From a gamma proteobacterium endosymbiont of Trioza apicalis (GTDB lineage Bacteria > Pseudomonadota > Gammaproteobacteria > Enterobacterales > G022558485): a stretch of 64,000 nucleotides of DNA. How positions within the stretch are numbered: the stretch's first letter is position 1; each line of letters starts with the position of its first letter. Shown here piece after piece: positions 22,072 to 32,147 of this stretch. The translations under genes and the position numbers were made by a program. The notes beneath the pieces were generated by a model that saw only the letters and a program-made list of their open reading frames with translations, did not search any database and had not been told where the DNA came from. The stretch is taken from assembly GCA_022558485.1 (NCBI GenBank), contig CP066222.1, forward strand, positions 154,603-218,602, given 5' to 3'.

Positions 22072-23826
22072 TTATTTTTTTTTTGATAATATTTTATTTA
22101 TAAACCATAATTCCCTTTTTTCTTCTGTTGTTAAACCATAAATTCTATCATTATTAATTAATAAATCTTGACGTAAAATAAGTAATGAGTTAAATAAACT
22201 CAAGAGAGTTTCAATAAAAGTTTTTTCAATAAACTCTTTAGAAATTAAATAGTCAAAATTAGATAAAAACTTTAATATATTAAAATTTTTATCATCACGA
22301 TAATATTCTAATAATTGAGAAGTATTTAAAATAGTATTAGATTTACAAATTTTAACTAATTCTGTAAATAATTTCAAACCAGGCAAAGCATCTTTTTCAA
22401 TACCTTCAAAAGAAGGTACTAAAGTAAATAAAAAAGGATTTTGTAATAATAAACCTATTAATAAACGCATTATTGTTCTTTTAAAAACTAATAGAGATGG
22501 TATATTTAATTTAGTTGGTAATTTTAATAAAACTCTTTCTAAATGCATAGGATCTAAAATACCCAATTTAAATCCAAGCTTTCTACGTATATAAAAACGC
22601 AAAACATTACCTGGAATTTTATTTATTAAAGGTAATAATAAAGAACTTAATTTAACACGACCATCAATGCGACTTAAATCAACCTTAGATAAAAATGTAT
22701 TAAATAAAAAAGTGGACAATGAAGTATAATTTTTAATAAGTTTTTCAAAAGATTTCTTACCTATCTTCCTAATTAAAGTATCAGGATCTTGTCCTTCTGG
22801 TAAAAATATAAAACATAATTGTTTATCATCTGTTAAAAAAGGTAATACTTTTAATAAAAACCTCCAAGAAGCTAAACGTCCAGCACAATCACCATCATAA
22901 CAACAAATTATACGATTTGTGTAAAAATACATTAATTTAATATGATTAATAGTTGTCGAAGTACCTAAAGAAGATACTGCATAATTAATTCCAAATTGTG
23001 TTAAAGATATAACATCCATATAACCCTCTACTAATAATAATTGAGGTAATTTAGAAAATTTTTTTTGTATTTCATATAATCCATACAAAAGAGAGCCCTT
23101 ATCAAAAACAGTTGTTTTAGGTGAATTAAGATATTTTATATTATTATCATCATTAATGGCGCGACCCCCAAAAGCTACTACTTTACCATATGTATTTAAA
23201 ATAGGAAAAATAATACGATCTTTAAGTTTATCATAAAAATTAATACCATCATTTGAACAAATACTACCTAATTTATGAATCAAAGAAGAACTAATTTTAT
23301 TTTTTAAACAAAATTGTTTCAATTTATTTAAATTAGATGATGAATAACCAATTGAAAAAACTTTAATTATTTTTTCGTTTAAACCCCTATTTTTCAAATA
23401 ATCTCTAGCACGAATTCCGTATTTAGATTTTAATGTTTTTACATAAAATTTTTTTAATTTTTCTATTAAATAAAACAGATTTTTTTTTTCAATATATATT
23501 TTTTTATTTTTATTAAATATAGGTGAATCATATATTACTTTAACACCATAATAAGATGATATTTCTTTAATAGATTCAACAAAAGTTGAATTATCATATT
23601 TTATTAAAAAATCAATAGCATTTCCATGTATACCACAACCAAAACAATAAAAAAATTGCTTTTCTTGACTAACTGTAAATGATGGTGTTTTTTCATTATG
23701 AAAAGGACATAATATTTTAAAATTTTTACCAATTTTCTTTAATTTTATTTTAAGATTAATAATATCAACTATATCAGTTCTTAATAATAAATTATTTATA
23801 AAATGATAAGAGATTTTTTTAAACAT
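22072..23826 (-). CDS. dnaG: DNA primase
   Basis: 584-aa ORF with a zinc-ribbon (CPFHNEKTPSFTVSQEKQFFYCFGCGIHGNAIDF) and a TOPRIM domain (LLVEGYMDVISL, CYDGDCAGRLA). Lies between rpsU and rpoD. Confidence 0.95.
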   Translation of the reverse strand: MFKKISYHFINNLLLRTDIVDIINLKIKLKKIGKNFKILCPFHNEKTPSFTVSQEKQFFYCFGCGIHGNAIDFLIKYDNSTFVESIKEISSYYGVKVIYDSPIFNKNKKIYIEKKNLFYLIEKLKKFYVKTLKSKYGIRARDYLKNRGLNEKIIKVFSIGYSSSNLNKLKQFCLKNKISSSLIHKLGSICSNDGINFYDKLKDRIIFPILNTYGKVVAFGGRAINDDNNIKYLNSPKTTVFDKGSLLYGLYEIQKKFSKLPQLLLVEGYMDVISLTQFGINYAVSSLGTSTTINHIKLMYFYTNRIICCYDGDCAGRLASWRFLLKVLPFLTDDKQLCFIFLPEGQDPDTLIRKIGKKSFEKLIKNYTSLSTFLFNTFLSKVDLSRIDGRVKLSSLLLPLINKIPGNVLRFYIRRKLGFKLGILDPMHLERVLLKLPTKLNIPSLLVFKRTIMRLLIGLLLQNPFLFTLVPSFEGIEKDALPGLKLFTELVKICKSNTILNTSQLLEYYRDDKNFNILKFLSNFDYLISKEFIEKTFIETLLSLFNSLLILRQDLLINNDRIYGLTTEEKRELWFINKILSKKK

Positions 23827-23890
23827 AAAATTATCTAAATATTAATTTTTAATAAAAAAACAAAAAATATTTAAATTATTAATTTAAATA

Positions 23891-24106
23891 TTAATAAATA
23901 CGAAAACGTCTATTATTTTCACGAGTTATTTTTTTTGAATATCTTTTTATTGCAGATATTTTAGCACGCTTACGTATTGTAGTTGGTTTTTCATAAAATT
24001 CACGACGACGAACTTCTGATAAAATACCTGCTTTTTCACAAGAACGTTTAAAACGACGTAACGCTAAATCAAATGGTTCATTTTCACGTATTTTAATAAA
24101 AGGCAT
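23891..24106 (-). CDS. rpsU: 30S ribosomal protein S21
   Basis: 71-aa [52 protein letters not shown], near-identical to E. coli S21. Confidence 0.95.
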   Translation of the reverse strand: MPFIKIRENEPFDLALRRFKRSCEKAGILSEVRRREFYEKPTTIRKRAKISAIKRYSKKITRENNRRFRIY

Positions 24107-24203
24107 TTAAACTCCAAAATCATAATAAATTTTATTTTATAATAGAATTTTTAATTTGTAAAGTAAAATTATAAAACTAAAATAATAAAATTTTAATAAA
24201 ACA

Positions 24204-24232
24204 TTGACGAAATTAAATTAATATTATTAAAT
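24204..24232 (+). promoter_or_regulatory. Possible promoter for tRNA-Phe (TTGACG-17 nt-TTAAAT)
   Basis: A near-consensus -35 TTGACG at 24204-24209, a 17-nt spacer and a weak -10 TTAAAT at 24227-24232, about 10 nt before the tRNA 5' end. The -10 match is poor, so this is tentative. Confidence 0.3.
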
Positions 24233-24242
24233 ATTATTTATA

Positions 24243-24315
24243 GCCCGAATAGCTCAGTAGGTAGAGCAGTGGACTGAAAATCCCCGTGTCCTTGGTTCAA
24301 TTCCAAGTTCGGGCA
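24243..24315 (+). tRNA. tRNA-Phe (anticodon GAA)
   Basis: GCCCGAATAGCTCAGTAGGTAGAGCAGTGGACTGAAAATCCCCGTGTCCTTGGTTCAATTCCAAGTTCGGGCA is collinear with E. coli tRNA-Phe. There is one T:C mismatch in the anticodon stem (GTGGA / TCCCC). Confidence 0.9.
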
Positions 24316-24348
24316 AAATTTTTAAATATCTAACTAAATAAATAAAAA

Positions 24349-25143
24349 TTATATAGCAACAGATGCTTTAATAGTAGGATAAGGATTATATCCCAAAAAT
24401 TCAAAATCTTTAAAACGATAATCAAATAAAGATAAAGGTTTGCGATTTAAAAATAATTTAGGTAATAAACGAGGAGATCGAGTTAATTGTAAATCCACAT
24501 GTTTTAAATGATTCATATAAATATGAATATCCCCACCTGTCCATATAAATTCACCAATATTTAAATTACATTGTTGTGCTAACATATGAATTAATAATGC
24601 ATAGCTAGCTATATTAAATGGCAAACCAAGAAAAACATCACAAGAACGCTGATAAAGTTGACAAGAAAGAATATTATTAATTACATAAAATTGAAAAAAT
24701 GCATGACAAGGTAATAAAGACATTTTATTCAACTCACCAACATTCCAAGATGAAACAATAATACGACGAGAACTGGGATCTGATTTTAATTGATATATAA
24801 CTTCTGATAATTGATCAATACAACAACCATCACTTGTTTTCCAGGAACGCCATTGCTTACCATAAATTGGACCTAAATTACCGTTTTTATCAGCCCAATT
24901 ATTCCAAATAGATACATTATTATTATTTAAATAACTAATATTTGTATCACCATTGATAAACCATAATAATTCATAAATAATTGAACGTAAATGACAACGT
25001 TTTGTTGTTATTAAAGGAAAACCATCGATTAAATTAAAGCGCATTTGATAACCAAAAATTGATAAAGTACCTATACCAGTACGATCTTCTTTTTTTAAAC
25101 CTTTTTCGCGAACAATACGCATTAAATCTAAATATTGTTTCAT
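24349..25143 (-). CDS. thyA: Thymidylate synthase
   Basis: 264-aa ORF, the same length as E. coli ThyA. It has [15 protein letters not shown], the active-site [12 protein letters not shown] and [16 protein letters not shown]. Confidence 0.95.
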   Translation of the reverse strand: MKQYLDLMRIVREKGLKKEDRTGIGTLSIFGYQMRFNLIDGFPLITTKRCHLRSIIYELLWFINGDTNISYLNNNNVSIWNNWADKNGNLGPIYGKQWRSWKTSDGCCIDQLSEVIYQLKSDPSSRRIIVSSWNVGELNKMSLLPCHAFFQFYVINNILSCQLYQRSCDVFLGLPFNIASYALLIHMLAQQCNLNIGEFIWTGGDIHIYMNHLKHVDLQLTRSPRLLPKLFLNRKPLSLFDYRFKDFEFLGYNPYPTIKASVAI

Positions 25144-25274
25144 ATTAAAATCACCTAATATAAATTAAAATTTAAATTTAAAAAATATATAAAATTAATA
25201 TTAAATTTAATTAAAATATTATATAAAATAATAAACAAAATAAAATTAAATAATCTAAAATAAAGGTGATTAAA

Positions 25275-26831
25275 TTGATTCCAAATATATCAAATAAAAT
25301 TTCTTGGCTAAAAAATAATCCAGAAATAATTAAAAATATAAATAGAGGTATTGAACGAGAAAGTTTACGTATAAATTACAATGGTAATTTATCTAAAAAT
25401 TATCACCCAGAATCATTAGGATCACCATTAACTCATAAACTAATAACTACTGATTTTTCAGAAAATTTAATAGAATTTATAACACCAAAAATAAAAAATA
25501 TTAATTGTATGTTAACAATGTTACGTGATATTCATCGCCACACAACATCAAAATTAAATAATGAATTATTATGGCCAATGAGTATGCCATGTTATATAGA
25601 TAAAAATAAAAAAATTTTATTATCAAAATATGGAAATTCTCATATAGGACGTATAAAAAGTATATATAGAGAAGGACTTAAAAATAGATATGGAATTGCT
25701 AAACAAATTATTTCAGGAATACATTATAATTTTTCATTTTCAATCAATTTTTGGAAAGAACACGTTAAAATAAATAATAAAAAATATAATAAAGAATACA
25801 TTTCAAATAATTACTTCAAATTAATAAGAAATTATTATAGATTTGGTTGGATTATAACATATTTATTTGGAGCATCACCAGCAATTTGTTCGTCTTTTTT
25901 AAATAATTATTCTACTAAATTACCTTTTATAAAAACATATAAAAATACATTATATTTACCATATGCTACATCATTACGTTTAAGTAACTTAGGATATAAA
26001 AACAAATTTATTAATAATAACTTTTATATTGCATTTAATTCTTTAAAAGAATATAATTTAAAATTAAAATACTTAACTAAAACCCCATGTAATACATATA
26101 AAAAAATTGGATTAAAAAAAAACGAAAAATATTTACAATTAAATAATAATATATTACAAAATGAAAGTGAATTATACACATTAATAAGACCCAAAAGAAC
26201 AATTAATACAAATGAATCATTATCAGATGCTTTATTAAACAAAGGTGTAGAATATATAGAGATAAGATCTTTAGATATTAATCCTTTTTCACCAATAGGA
26301 ATAAATGAAAAACAAATAAGATTTATAGATATTTTTCTTATATGGTGTTCATTAATTAAATCTCCTAAGTTTAACAAAAACGAATTTAAAAATATTAATA
26401 AAAATTGGAATAAAATAATTCTAGAAGGTAAAAAACCCGAGTTACTAATTAATATAAATAATAAAAAAAAAACAATAAAAAAAATTGGATTATATATTTT
26501 AAAAGATTTAAAAAAAATTGCTAAAATTTTTGATAAATTAAATAATAATTATAAATATCAAAAAATTTGTAATAAAATAATAAAAAAAATTAAAAACCCT
26601 AATTTAACATTATCTTCATATTTACTTAATAAATTATTGAAATATGGTATTAACGATTTTGGATTAATTTTAGCAAAAAAACATAATAAAAAATTAAACA
26701 CAGAATCATTAGAAATAATAAATAATAAAAATTTTAAATATGAAAAAATAAAATCTAACAAATTGAACGAAAATTTAGAAAATAAAAACCAATCAAATTT
26801 CGAAAAATTTATTAAAAATTATAATAAATAA
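25275..26831 (+). CDS. gshA: Glutamate--cysteine ligase
   Basis: Collinear with E. coli GshA (RGIERESLRIN, LITTDFSENLIEFITP, YREGLKNRYG, FGWIITYLFGASPAICSSF, YIEIRSLDINPFSPIG). The track starts at GTG 25266. I prefer TTG 25275 (MIPNIS, matching E. coli MIPDVS, which also uses UUG) because AAGGTGAT (25263-25270) then sits at Shine-Dalgarno distance. Confidence 0.9.
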   Translation: MIPNISNKISWLKNNPEIIKNINRGIERESLRINYNGNLSKNYHPESLGSPLTHKLITTDFSENLIEFITPKIKNINCMLTMLRDIHRHTTSKLNNELLWPMSMPCYIDKNKKILLSKYGNSHIGRIKSIYREGLKNRYGIAKQIISGIHYNFSFSINFWKEHVKINNKKYNKEYISNNYFKLIRNYYRFGWIITYLFGASPAICSSFLNNYSTKLPFIKTYKNTLYLPYATSLRLSNLGYKNKFINNNFYIAFNSLKEYNLKLKYLTKTPCNTYKKIGLKKNEKYLQLNNNILQNESELYTLIRPKRTINTNESLSDALLNKGVEYIEIRSLDINPFSPIGINEKQIRFIDIFLIWCSLIKSPKFNKNEFKNINKNWNKIILEGKKPELLININNKKKTIKKIGLYILKDLKKIAKIFDKLNNNYKYQKICNKIIKKIKNPNLTLSSYLLNKLLKYGINDFGLILAKKHNKKLNTESLEIINNKNFKYEKIKSNKLNENLENKNQSNFEKFIKNYNK

Positions 26832-26847
26832 TTTTAATAATTTATGA

Positions 26848-26926
26848 ACGGAAGTGGCGAAATTGGTAAACGCACCAGATTTAGATTCTGGTATTTAATA
26901 TGCGAGTTCAAATCTCGCCTTCCGTA
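26848..26926 (+). tRNA. leuW: tRNA-Leu (anticodon UAG), with a reduced variable arm
   Basis: ACGGAAGTGGCGAAATTGGTAAACGCACCAGATTTAGATTCTGGTATTTAATATGCGAGTTCAAATCTCGCCTTCCGTA. The anticodon loop is TTTAGAT and the variable region is only about 10 nt. First gene of a Leu-Gln-Met cluster resembling the E. coli metT-leuW-glnU operon. Confidence 0.85.
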
Positions 26927-26938
26927 GTAATAAATAAA

Positions 26939-27012
26939 TGGGGTATAGCCAAGTTTGGTAAGGCAACGGGTTTTGATCCCGTCATACCCAGGTTCAAATC
27001 CTGGTACCCCAG
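26939..27012 (+). tRNA. tRNA-Gln (anticodon UUG)
   Basis: TGGGGTATAGCCAAGTTTGGTAAGGCAACGGGTTTTGATCCCGTCATACCCAGGTTCAAATCCTGGTACCCCAG is collinear with E. coli tRNA-Gln(UUG). Confidence 0.9.
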
Positions 27013-27042
27013 ATAATATATTTATTTTTAAAAAAATATAAA

Positions 27043-27116
27043 AGCTACGTAGCTCAGTTGGTAAGAGCGCAGCACTCATAACGCTGTGGTCACAGGTTCA
27101 ATTCCTGTCGTAGCTA
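27043..27116 (+). tRNA. metT: Elongator tRNA-Met (anticodon CAU)
   Basis: AGCTACGTAGCTCAGTTGGTAAGAGCGCAGCACTCATAACGCTGTGGTCACAGGTTCAATTCCTGTCGTAGCTA matches E. coli metT (GGCUACGUAGCUCAGUUGGUUAGAGC...GGUCACAGGUUCGAAUCCCGUCGUAGCC) rather than ileX or the initiator. Confidence 0.85.
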
Positions 27117-27163
27117 CATAAAAAATTTTTGTAATTAATTATAAAAATTTGAATAATAAAATA

Positions 27164-27248
27164 AGGAGAAGATGAGATTTGAACTCATGAAAAGTTTCCT
27201 TTTGCTGGTTTTCAAAACCAGTGCTTTAAACCACTCAGCCACTTCTCC
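27164..27248 (-). tRNA. tRNA-Ser (anticodon UGA)
   Basis: Reverse complement reads GGAGAAGTGGCTGAGTGGTTTAAAGCACTGGTTTTGAAAACCAGCAAAAGGAAACTTTTCATGAGTTCAAATCTCATCTTCTCCT. It is a type II tRNA with a long variable arm and anticodon loop TTTGAAA. Confidence 0.85.
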
Positions 27249-27296
27249 AGCAAAATAAATATATAAAATAAAATTCAAATATTGATATTAAATTAG

Positions 27297-27370
27297 TACG
27301 TTCTAATGGATTTGAACCATTGACCTTCACCACGTCAAGATGATGCTCTAACCAACTGAGCTAAGAACGC
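27297..27370 (-). tRNA. tRNA-Val (anticodon GAC)
   Basis: Reverse complement reads GCGTTCTTAGCTCAGTTGGTTAGAGCATCATCTTGACGTGGTGAAGGTCAATGGTTCAAATCCATTAGAACGTA, collinear with E. coli tRNA-Val(GAC). Confidence 0.9.
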
Positions 27371-27478
27371 ATATTTATATATATGTATATTATATTAAAT
27401 AACAATAATTAAGTTAATTAAATTAAATTAACATTTATTAAATAAACAAATTATTATTAATTATTATATAATACACAT

Positions 27479-28270
27479 ATGACGGAGTTTGTAATGGAAA
27501 TATTATTAAATTCATCTATGTGGATAGAATTAATAACTTTAATAATATTAGAAATTGTGCTAGGTATTGATAATATAGTATTTATTGCAATTATAACAGA
27601 TAAATTAATAATTGAACATCGTGATAAAGCTAGATTTATAGGTTTAACTTTAGCATTATTTATGCGTTTAGGATTATTATTATTAATTTCATGGCTTATT
27701 AACTTAAAAAAACCATTATTTAATATAGGTATTTATAATTTTTCTAGTAAAAATATTATTTTAATAATTGGAGGTATATTTTTAATAATTAAAAGTACAA
27801 CTGAATTATATAAAAATATTAAAAATAAAAAAAAAATAAAAAAAAAAATTAAAAATAAAAATAAAAATTTTTGGATAACAGTAATTCAAATTATAATTAT
27901 TGATATAATATTTTCTATAGATACAATTATTACAGCAGTTGGTATAGTTAATAATTTAATAATTATGATATCAGCTATTATTATTTCAATGCCTATTATA
28001 TTATTTACATCAAAAACTTTAACATTTTATATTAATAAATATAAAAAAATAATGATATTATGTTTAATTTTTTTATTAATAGTTGGATTAAACCTTGTAG
28101 CTAATGGTTTTAATATCAAAATTCCTAAAAAATATTTATATATTATTATAAGTATTTTACTAATAATTGAATTTATAGATAAAAAATATATTTTTAAAAA
28201 TAAATTTAAATATATATTAAAATTAATAATTAATAAAATAAATTCACTTATTAAACATAATAAAAAATGA
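27479..28270 (+). CDS. TerC-family integral membrane protein (YgdQ/YoaE-like)
   Basis: 263-aa polytopic ORF. The N-terminal WIELITLIILEIVLGIDNIVFIAI and a second IIIIDIIFSIDTIITAVG repeat are the paired TerC-family motifs. Confidence 0.7.
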   Translation: MTEFVMEILLNSSMWIELITLIILEIVLGIDNIVFIAIITDKLIIEHRDKARFIGLTLALFMRLGLLLLISWLINLKKPLFNIGIYNFSSKNIILIIGGIFLIIKSTTELYKNIKNKKKIKKKIKNKNKNFWITVIQIIIIDIIFSIDTIITAVGIVNNLIIMISAIIISMPIILFTSKTLTFYINKYKKIMILCLIFLLIVGLNLVANGFNIKIPKKYLYIIISILLIIEFIDKKYIFKNKFKYILKLIINKINSLIKHNKK

Positions 28271-28308
28271 ATAATTATAATTATTCATATAAAATTAAAT
28301 AAATTTAT

Positions 28309-28545
28309 TTATTTTTTATTAAATTTAATAAAATTAATAACAGATTTAACGGTAGTGATTTTTTCAATAAATTCATCTACAAATTCTATTTTATATTTTT
28401 TTTCTAATAACATTATTAATTCAATAATATCAAGAGAATTAGCACCCAAATCCTTAATTAAATAAGAATTCATACTAATTTTTTTTTGATTTATACCAAA
28501 CTGTTTTGAAATAATTCTTATTATTCTATTTTTAATATATTTCAC
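28309..28545 (-). CDS. acpP: Acyl carrier protein
   Basis: 78-aa ORF, the same length as E. coli ACP, with the phosphopantetheine site DLGANSLDIIELIMLLE. It has a GTG start preceded by an unusually strong GGGGGAGG Shine-Dalgarno-like block (28556-28564 on the complement). Confidence 0.9.
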   Translation of the reverse strand: MKYIKNRIIRIISKQFGINQKKISMNSYLIKDLGANSLDIIELIMLLEKKYKIEFVDEFIEKITTVKSVINFIKFNKK

Positions 28546-28584
28546 AAAAAATTATACCTCCCCCATTTTTTAAATAAAATTTAA

Positions 28585-28752
28585 TTAAAATATTTTACAA
28601 CCTTTATAAAAACCATTTAAAGTAATATGATGACGTAAATGAATCTCACCAGATAAATTATCCAATGATAAAGGAATAAATTTAGATAATGCATCATGTG
28701 ATCTACGCTTACCTCTCTTAGACCGAGTAGGTTTATTTTTTTGAACAGCCAT
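28585..28752 (-). CDS. rpmF: 50S ribosomal protein L32
   Basis: Not in the ORF track because it is too short. Hand translation gives [55 protein letters not shown] (55 aa). E. coli L32 is [22 protein letters not shown]...SGEKHLRHHIT. Confidence 0.9.
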   Translation of the reverse strand: MAVQKNKPTRSKRGKRRSHDALSKFIPLSLDNLSGEIHLRHHITLNGFYKGCKIF

Positions 28753-28867
28753 AATAACCTCATTTTTTTTCCATAAAATAGAAATATAAAATATTTAAAT
28801 TATTTAATTTTATTTATAAATATATAAAATAATAAATTAATTAAAATAATTGTTTTAATTAAAAACA

Positions 28868-30946
28868 TTAAACGTCTTTAATACTTAAACGAATACGACC
28901 ATACTGATCTATTTCTAAAACCTTAACTAATACTTTTTGGTTAATTTCCAAATATTCATTTACTTTTTCTACATATTTACTAGATATTTTAGAAATATGC
29001 ACCAATCCTTCTTTGCCTCCATCCATTAAAATAAATGCTCCAAAATTAACAATACGCACAACTTTACCTTTATAAATATGTCCAACTTCAATATCAATAG
29101 TTATTTCTTTAATACGACGTATAGCATAACAAACTTTTTCATTGATATTAGCCGATACTTTAATAATACCATTATCCTCAATTTCAATAATAGCTCCAGT
29201 TTCTTCGGTAAGAGATCGTATAACTGATCCACGTTTACCAATAACATCTTTTATTTTTTTAGGATCAATTTTAATTATATATATACAAGGAGCAAATTTA
29301 GATATATTATCACGTGGTTTATTAATTTCTTTATTCATATTTTCTAAAATATATAAACGTGAAGCTTTAGCTTTATTCAATGCTAATCTAATAATTTCAT
29401 AAGTAATACCTTTAACTTTAATATCCATTTGAAGAGCTGTAATACCAAAAAAACCACCGGAAACTTTAAAATCCATATCACCAATATAATCTTCATCTCC
29501 AGATATATCAGATATTAGTATAAAATCATTACTTTCTTTTATAAGACCAATCGCAACACCTGCAACAGGTGTTTTAATCGGAACACCAGCATCCATAAGT
29601 GCCAATGAAGCACCACAAATAGATGCCATCGAAGAAGAACCATTTGATTCAGTAACTTCTGAAACTACACGTATAGTATAAGGAAATTGTTCATAATTAG
29701 GAATAATTGCTAATATACCTCTTTTTATTAAACGACCATGACCAATTTCACGACGCTTAGGTGATCCAATAATACCAATTTCTCCGACGCAAAAAGGAAG
29801 AAAATTATAATGTAATAAAAATCTATCAGTATATTCACCACTTAAATAATTAATATTTTGAGCATTACAATCAGTACCAAGAGTAACAGAAACAATAACT
29901 TGAGTTTCACCACGAGTAAATAATGCAGATCCATGAGTACGCGATAATATATTAGTACGTATGTCTAATTCACGAATCATATTTTTTTTACGACCATCAA
30001 TACGTAATTTTCTATTTAAAATACGTTTACGCATCATATTTTTAATTATATTATCAAAAATTAATTCAAGTTCATGTTTATTAATAAATAAACTATTGTT
30101 AATTAATTTATCAATCATATCAAATTTAATAATATTAATTAAAAAAGATCTTTCTTTTTTTTCATAAACACAATAAACACTATACAATCTATTTTTTATT
30201 AATAAATAAACTAAATTTTTTAAAATTAAATTTAATTTTTGATATTTAAAATTATATTTTAATTTACCAAAATCTTTTACTAATTTATTAATATTATTTA
30301 TAACTACTTTTTGATTATTATGACCATAAATTATAGCTTCTAACATTTGTTTTTCACTAAGTAATTTAGCTTCAGATTCAACCATTAATATTTCATCAAG
30401 AGTACCTGACACTATAAGATCTAATTTACTAAAAATTAATTCATTAAAAGTTGGATTTAAAACATATTTATTATCAATATAACCAACACGAGCAGCACCT
30501 ATTGGACCTTTAAATGGTATACTAGATAAACTTAAAGCAGCAGATACACCAATTATAGCAACAATATCTAAATTAACCTGAGGATCAAAAGATAAAACAG
30601 TAACAATAATTTGTATTTCATTTAAAAAACCCTGTGGAAATAATGGACGAATTGGACGATCAATTAACCTAGAAATAAAAATTTCTGTTTCACTAGGCCT
30701 TCCTTCTCTACGAAAAAAACCACCTGGAAAACGACCAGCGGCATAAGAACGCTCTTGATAATTTATAATCAAAGGAAAAAACTTTTGCCCAACTTTTGGT
30801 TTTTCATTAACTACTATTGTAACTAATATTTTAGTATCATCCATACTAATCATAACAGAAGAATTTGCTTGCCTAGCTACCATTCCAGTTTCTAATATTA
30901 CAATATGTTTACCATATTTAAACTTACGAACAATTAAATTAAACAA
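28868..30946 (-). CDS. pnp: Polyribonucleotide nucleotidyltransferase (PNPase)
   Basis: 692-aa ORF with two RNase PH domains ([18 protein letters not shown]), KH ([16 protein letters not shown]) and S1 ([13 protein letters not shown]) domains. Downstream of rpsO. Confidence 0.95.
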   Translation of the reverse strand: MFNLIVRKFKYGKHIVILETGMVARQANSSVMISMDDTKILVTIVVNEKPKVGQKFFPLIINYQERSYAAGRFPGGFFRREGRPSETEIFISRLIDRPIRPLFPQGFLNEIQIIVTVLSFDPQVNLDIVAIIGVSAALSLSSIPFKGPIGAARVGYIDNKYVLNPTFNELIFSKLDLIVSGTLDEILMVESEAKLLSEKQMLEAIIYGHNNQKVVINNINKLVKDFGKLKYNFKYQKLNLILKNLVYLLIKNRLYSVYCVYEKKERSFLINIIKFDMIDKLINNSLFINKHELELIFDNIIKNMMRKRILNRKLRIDGRKKNMIRELDIRTNILSRTHGSALFTRGETQVIVSVTLGTDCNAQNINYLSGEYTDRFLLHYNFLPFCVGEIGIIGSPKRREIGHGRLIKRGILAIIPNYEQFPYTIRVVSEVTESNGSSSMASICGASLALMDAGVPIKTPVAGVAIGLIKESNDFILISDISGDEDYIGDMDFKVSGGFFGITALQMDIKVKGITYEIIRLALNKAKASRLYILENMNKEINKPRDNISKFAPCIYIIKIDPKKIKDVIGKRGSVIRSLTEETGAIIEIEDNGIIKVSANINEKVCYAIRRIKEITIDIEVGHIYKGKVVRIVNFGAFILMDGGKEGLVHISKISSKYVEKVNEYLEINQKVLVKVLEIDQYGRIRLSIKDV

Positions 30947-31013
30947 AATAATTTCCCTTAAAATTAAAATATATTTTATATAAAATATATATTTACAATA
31001 TTAATATTTTAAA

Positions 31014-31277
31014 TCAATGACGTAAATTATAATGACTTATTAAAGTAACATAAGAATTATAATCATTTTTTTTTAAATAATTTAATAATTTTTTACGTAA
31101 TGAAACCATTAATAACAAACCACGTTTACTATGAAAATCTTTTTTATGCATTAAAAAATGATTTTGTAAATAATTAATTTTTGTAGTTAAAATAGCTACT
31201 TGAACAGCAGAAGATCCAGTATCTTTATATGATTTACCATAATCAGAAATAATTTTAATTATTAATTTACTATTCAT
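31014..31277 (-). CDS. rpsO: 30S ribosomal protein S15
   Basis: 87-aa ORF with DTGSSAVQVAILTTKINYLQNHFLMHKKDFHSKRGLLLMVSLRKKLLNYLKK, collinear with E. coli S15. Confidence 0.9.
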   Translation of the reverse strand: MNSKLIIKIISDYGKSYKDTGSSAVQVAILTTKINYLQNHFLMHKKDFHSKRGLLLMVSLRKKLLNYLKKNDYNSYVTLISHYNLRH

Positions 31278-31417
31278 AAATGTATTTAAACCTCATAATA
31301 TAAAATATTAATAAAATATATTTTAATTTTAAATAAATAAAATTTAATGATTTATAATATATAAAATATAATATATGATGTATAATATATAATAATTATT
31401 AAATAAAAGGAAAAAAA

Positions 31418-32125
31418 ATGTCAACTATACATATTAATGCCAAAAAAAATGATTTTGCTAAAATTATTATAATGACTGGTGACCCGTTAAAAGCAAAATA
31501 TATTGCAAAAAAATTTTTATCTAATATTAAATTAATTAATAATATTCGAGGAATGTTAGCTTACACAGGTATTTACAAAAAAAAAAAAATATCTGTTATG
31601 GGACATGGTATAGGAATTCCATCTTGTTCTATATACATAAGAGAACTTATTAATAATTTTGGTATAAAAAAAATTATAAAAGCTGGATCATGCGGAGCTA
31701 TAAAAAATAATATTAAACTAAATGACATAATAGTAGGTATGGGAGCTAGTACTGATTCTAAAATAAATCGTAAAAATTTTAAAAATTATGATTTCGCTGC
31801 AATAGCTGATTTTAATTTAGTTAAAAATATAGTTGATGCAGCAAAATTATCTAAAATTAATATACATATTGGTAATATTTTCACAACAGATTTATTTTAT
31901 TCAAATAATACAAAGCTATTAAATCTATTAGAAAAATACAATATTTTAGGTATAGAAATGGAAGCAGCAGGTATTTATAATATAGCAGCAGAATTTGGTA
32001 TAAGCGCAATGACTATTTGTAATGTATCAGATCATATAAAAAAAAAAGAATCTTTAAGTGCAATTGAAAGACAATACACATTTAATGAAATGATTAAAAT
32101 AATATTAAAATCAATAAATTTATAA
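31418..32125 (+). CDS. deoD: Purine nucleoside phosphorylase (DeoD type)
   Basis: 235-aa ORF with [57 protein letters not shown] and [10 protein letters not shown], collinear with E. coli DeoD. Confidence 0.9.
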   Translation: MSTIHINAKKNDFAKIIIMTGDPLKAKYIAKKFLSNIKLINNIRGMLAYTGIYKKKKISVMGHGIGIPSCSIYIRELINNFGIKKIIKAGSCGAIKNNIKLNDIIVGMGASTDSKINRKNFKNYDFAAIADFNLVKNIVDAAKLSKINIHIGNIFTTDLFYSNNTKLLNLLEKYNILGIEMEAAGIYNIAAEFGISAMTICNVSDHIKKKESLSAIERQYTFNEMIKIILKSINL

Positions 32126-32147
32126 TCATAAATAAAATTTATTAAAA

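Noticed and set aside
26834-27079. Track ORF of 81 aa (-)
   Set aside because: It is the antisense translation of the tRNA-Leu / tRNA-Gln / tRNA-Met cluster and is not a protein gene.
28556-28570. Mini-ORF ATG-GGG-GAG-GTA-TAA on the minus strand, just upstream of acpP
   Set aside because: It has only four sense codons. The G-rich string is better explained as the acpP ribosome-binding block.
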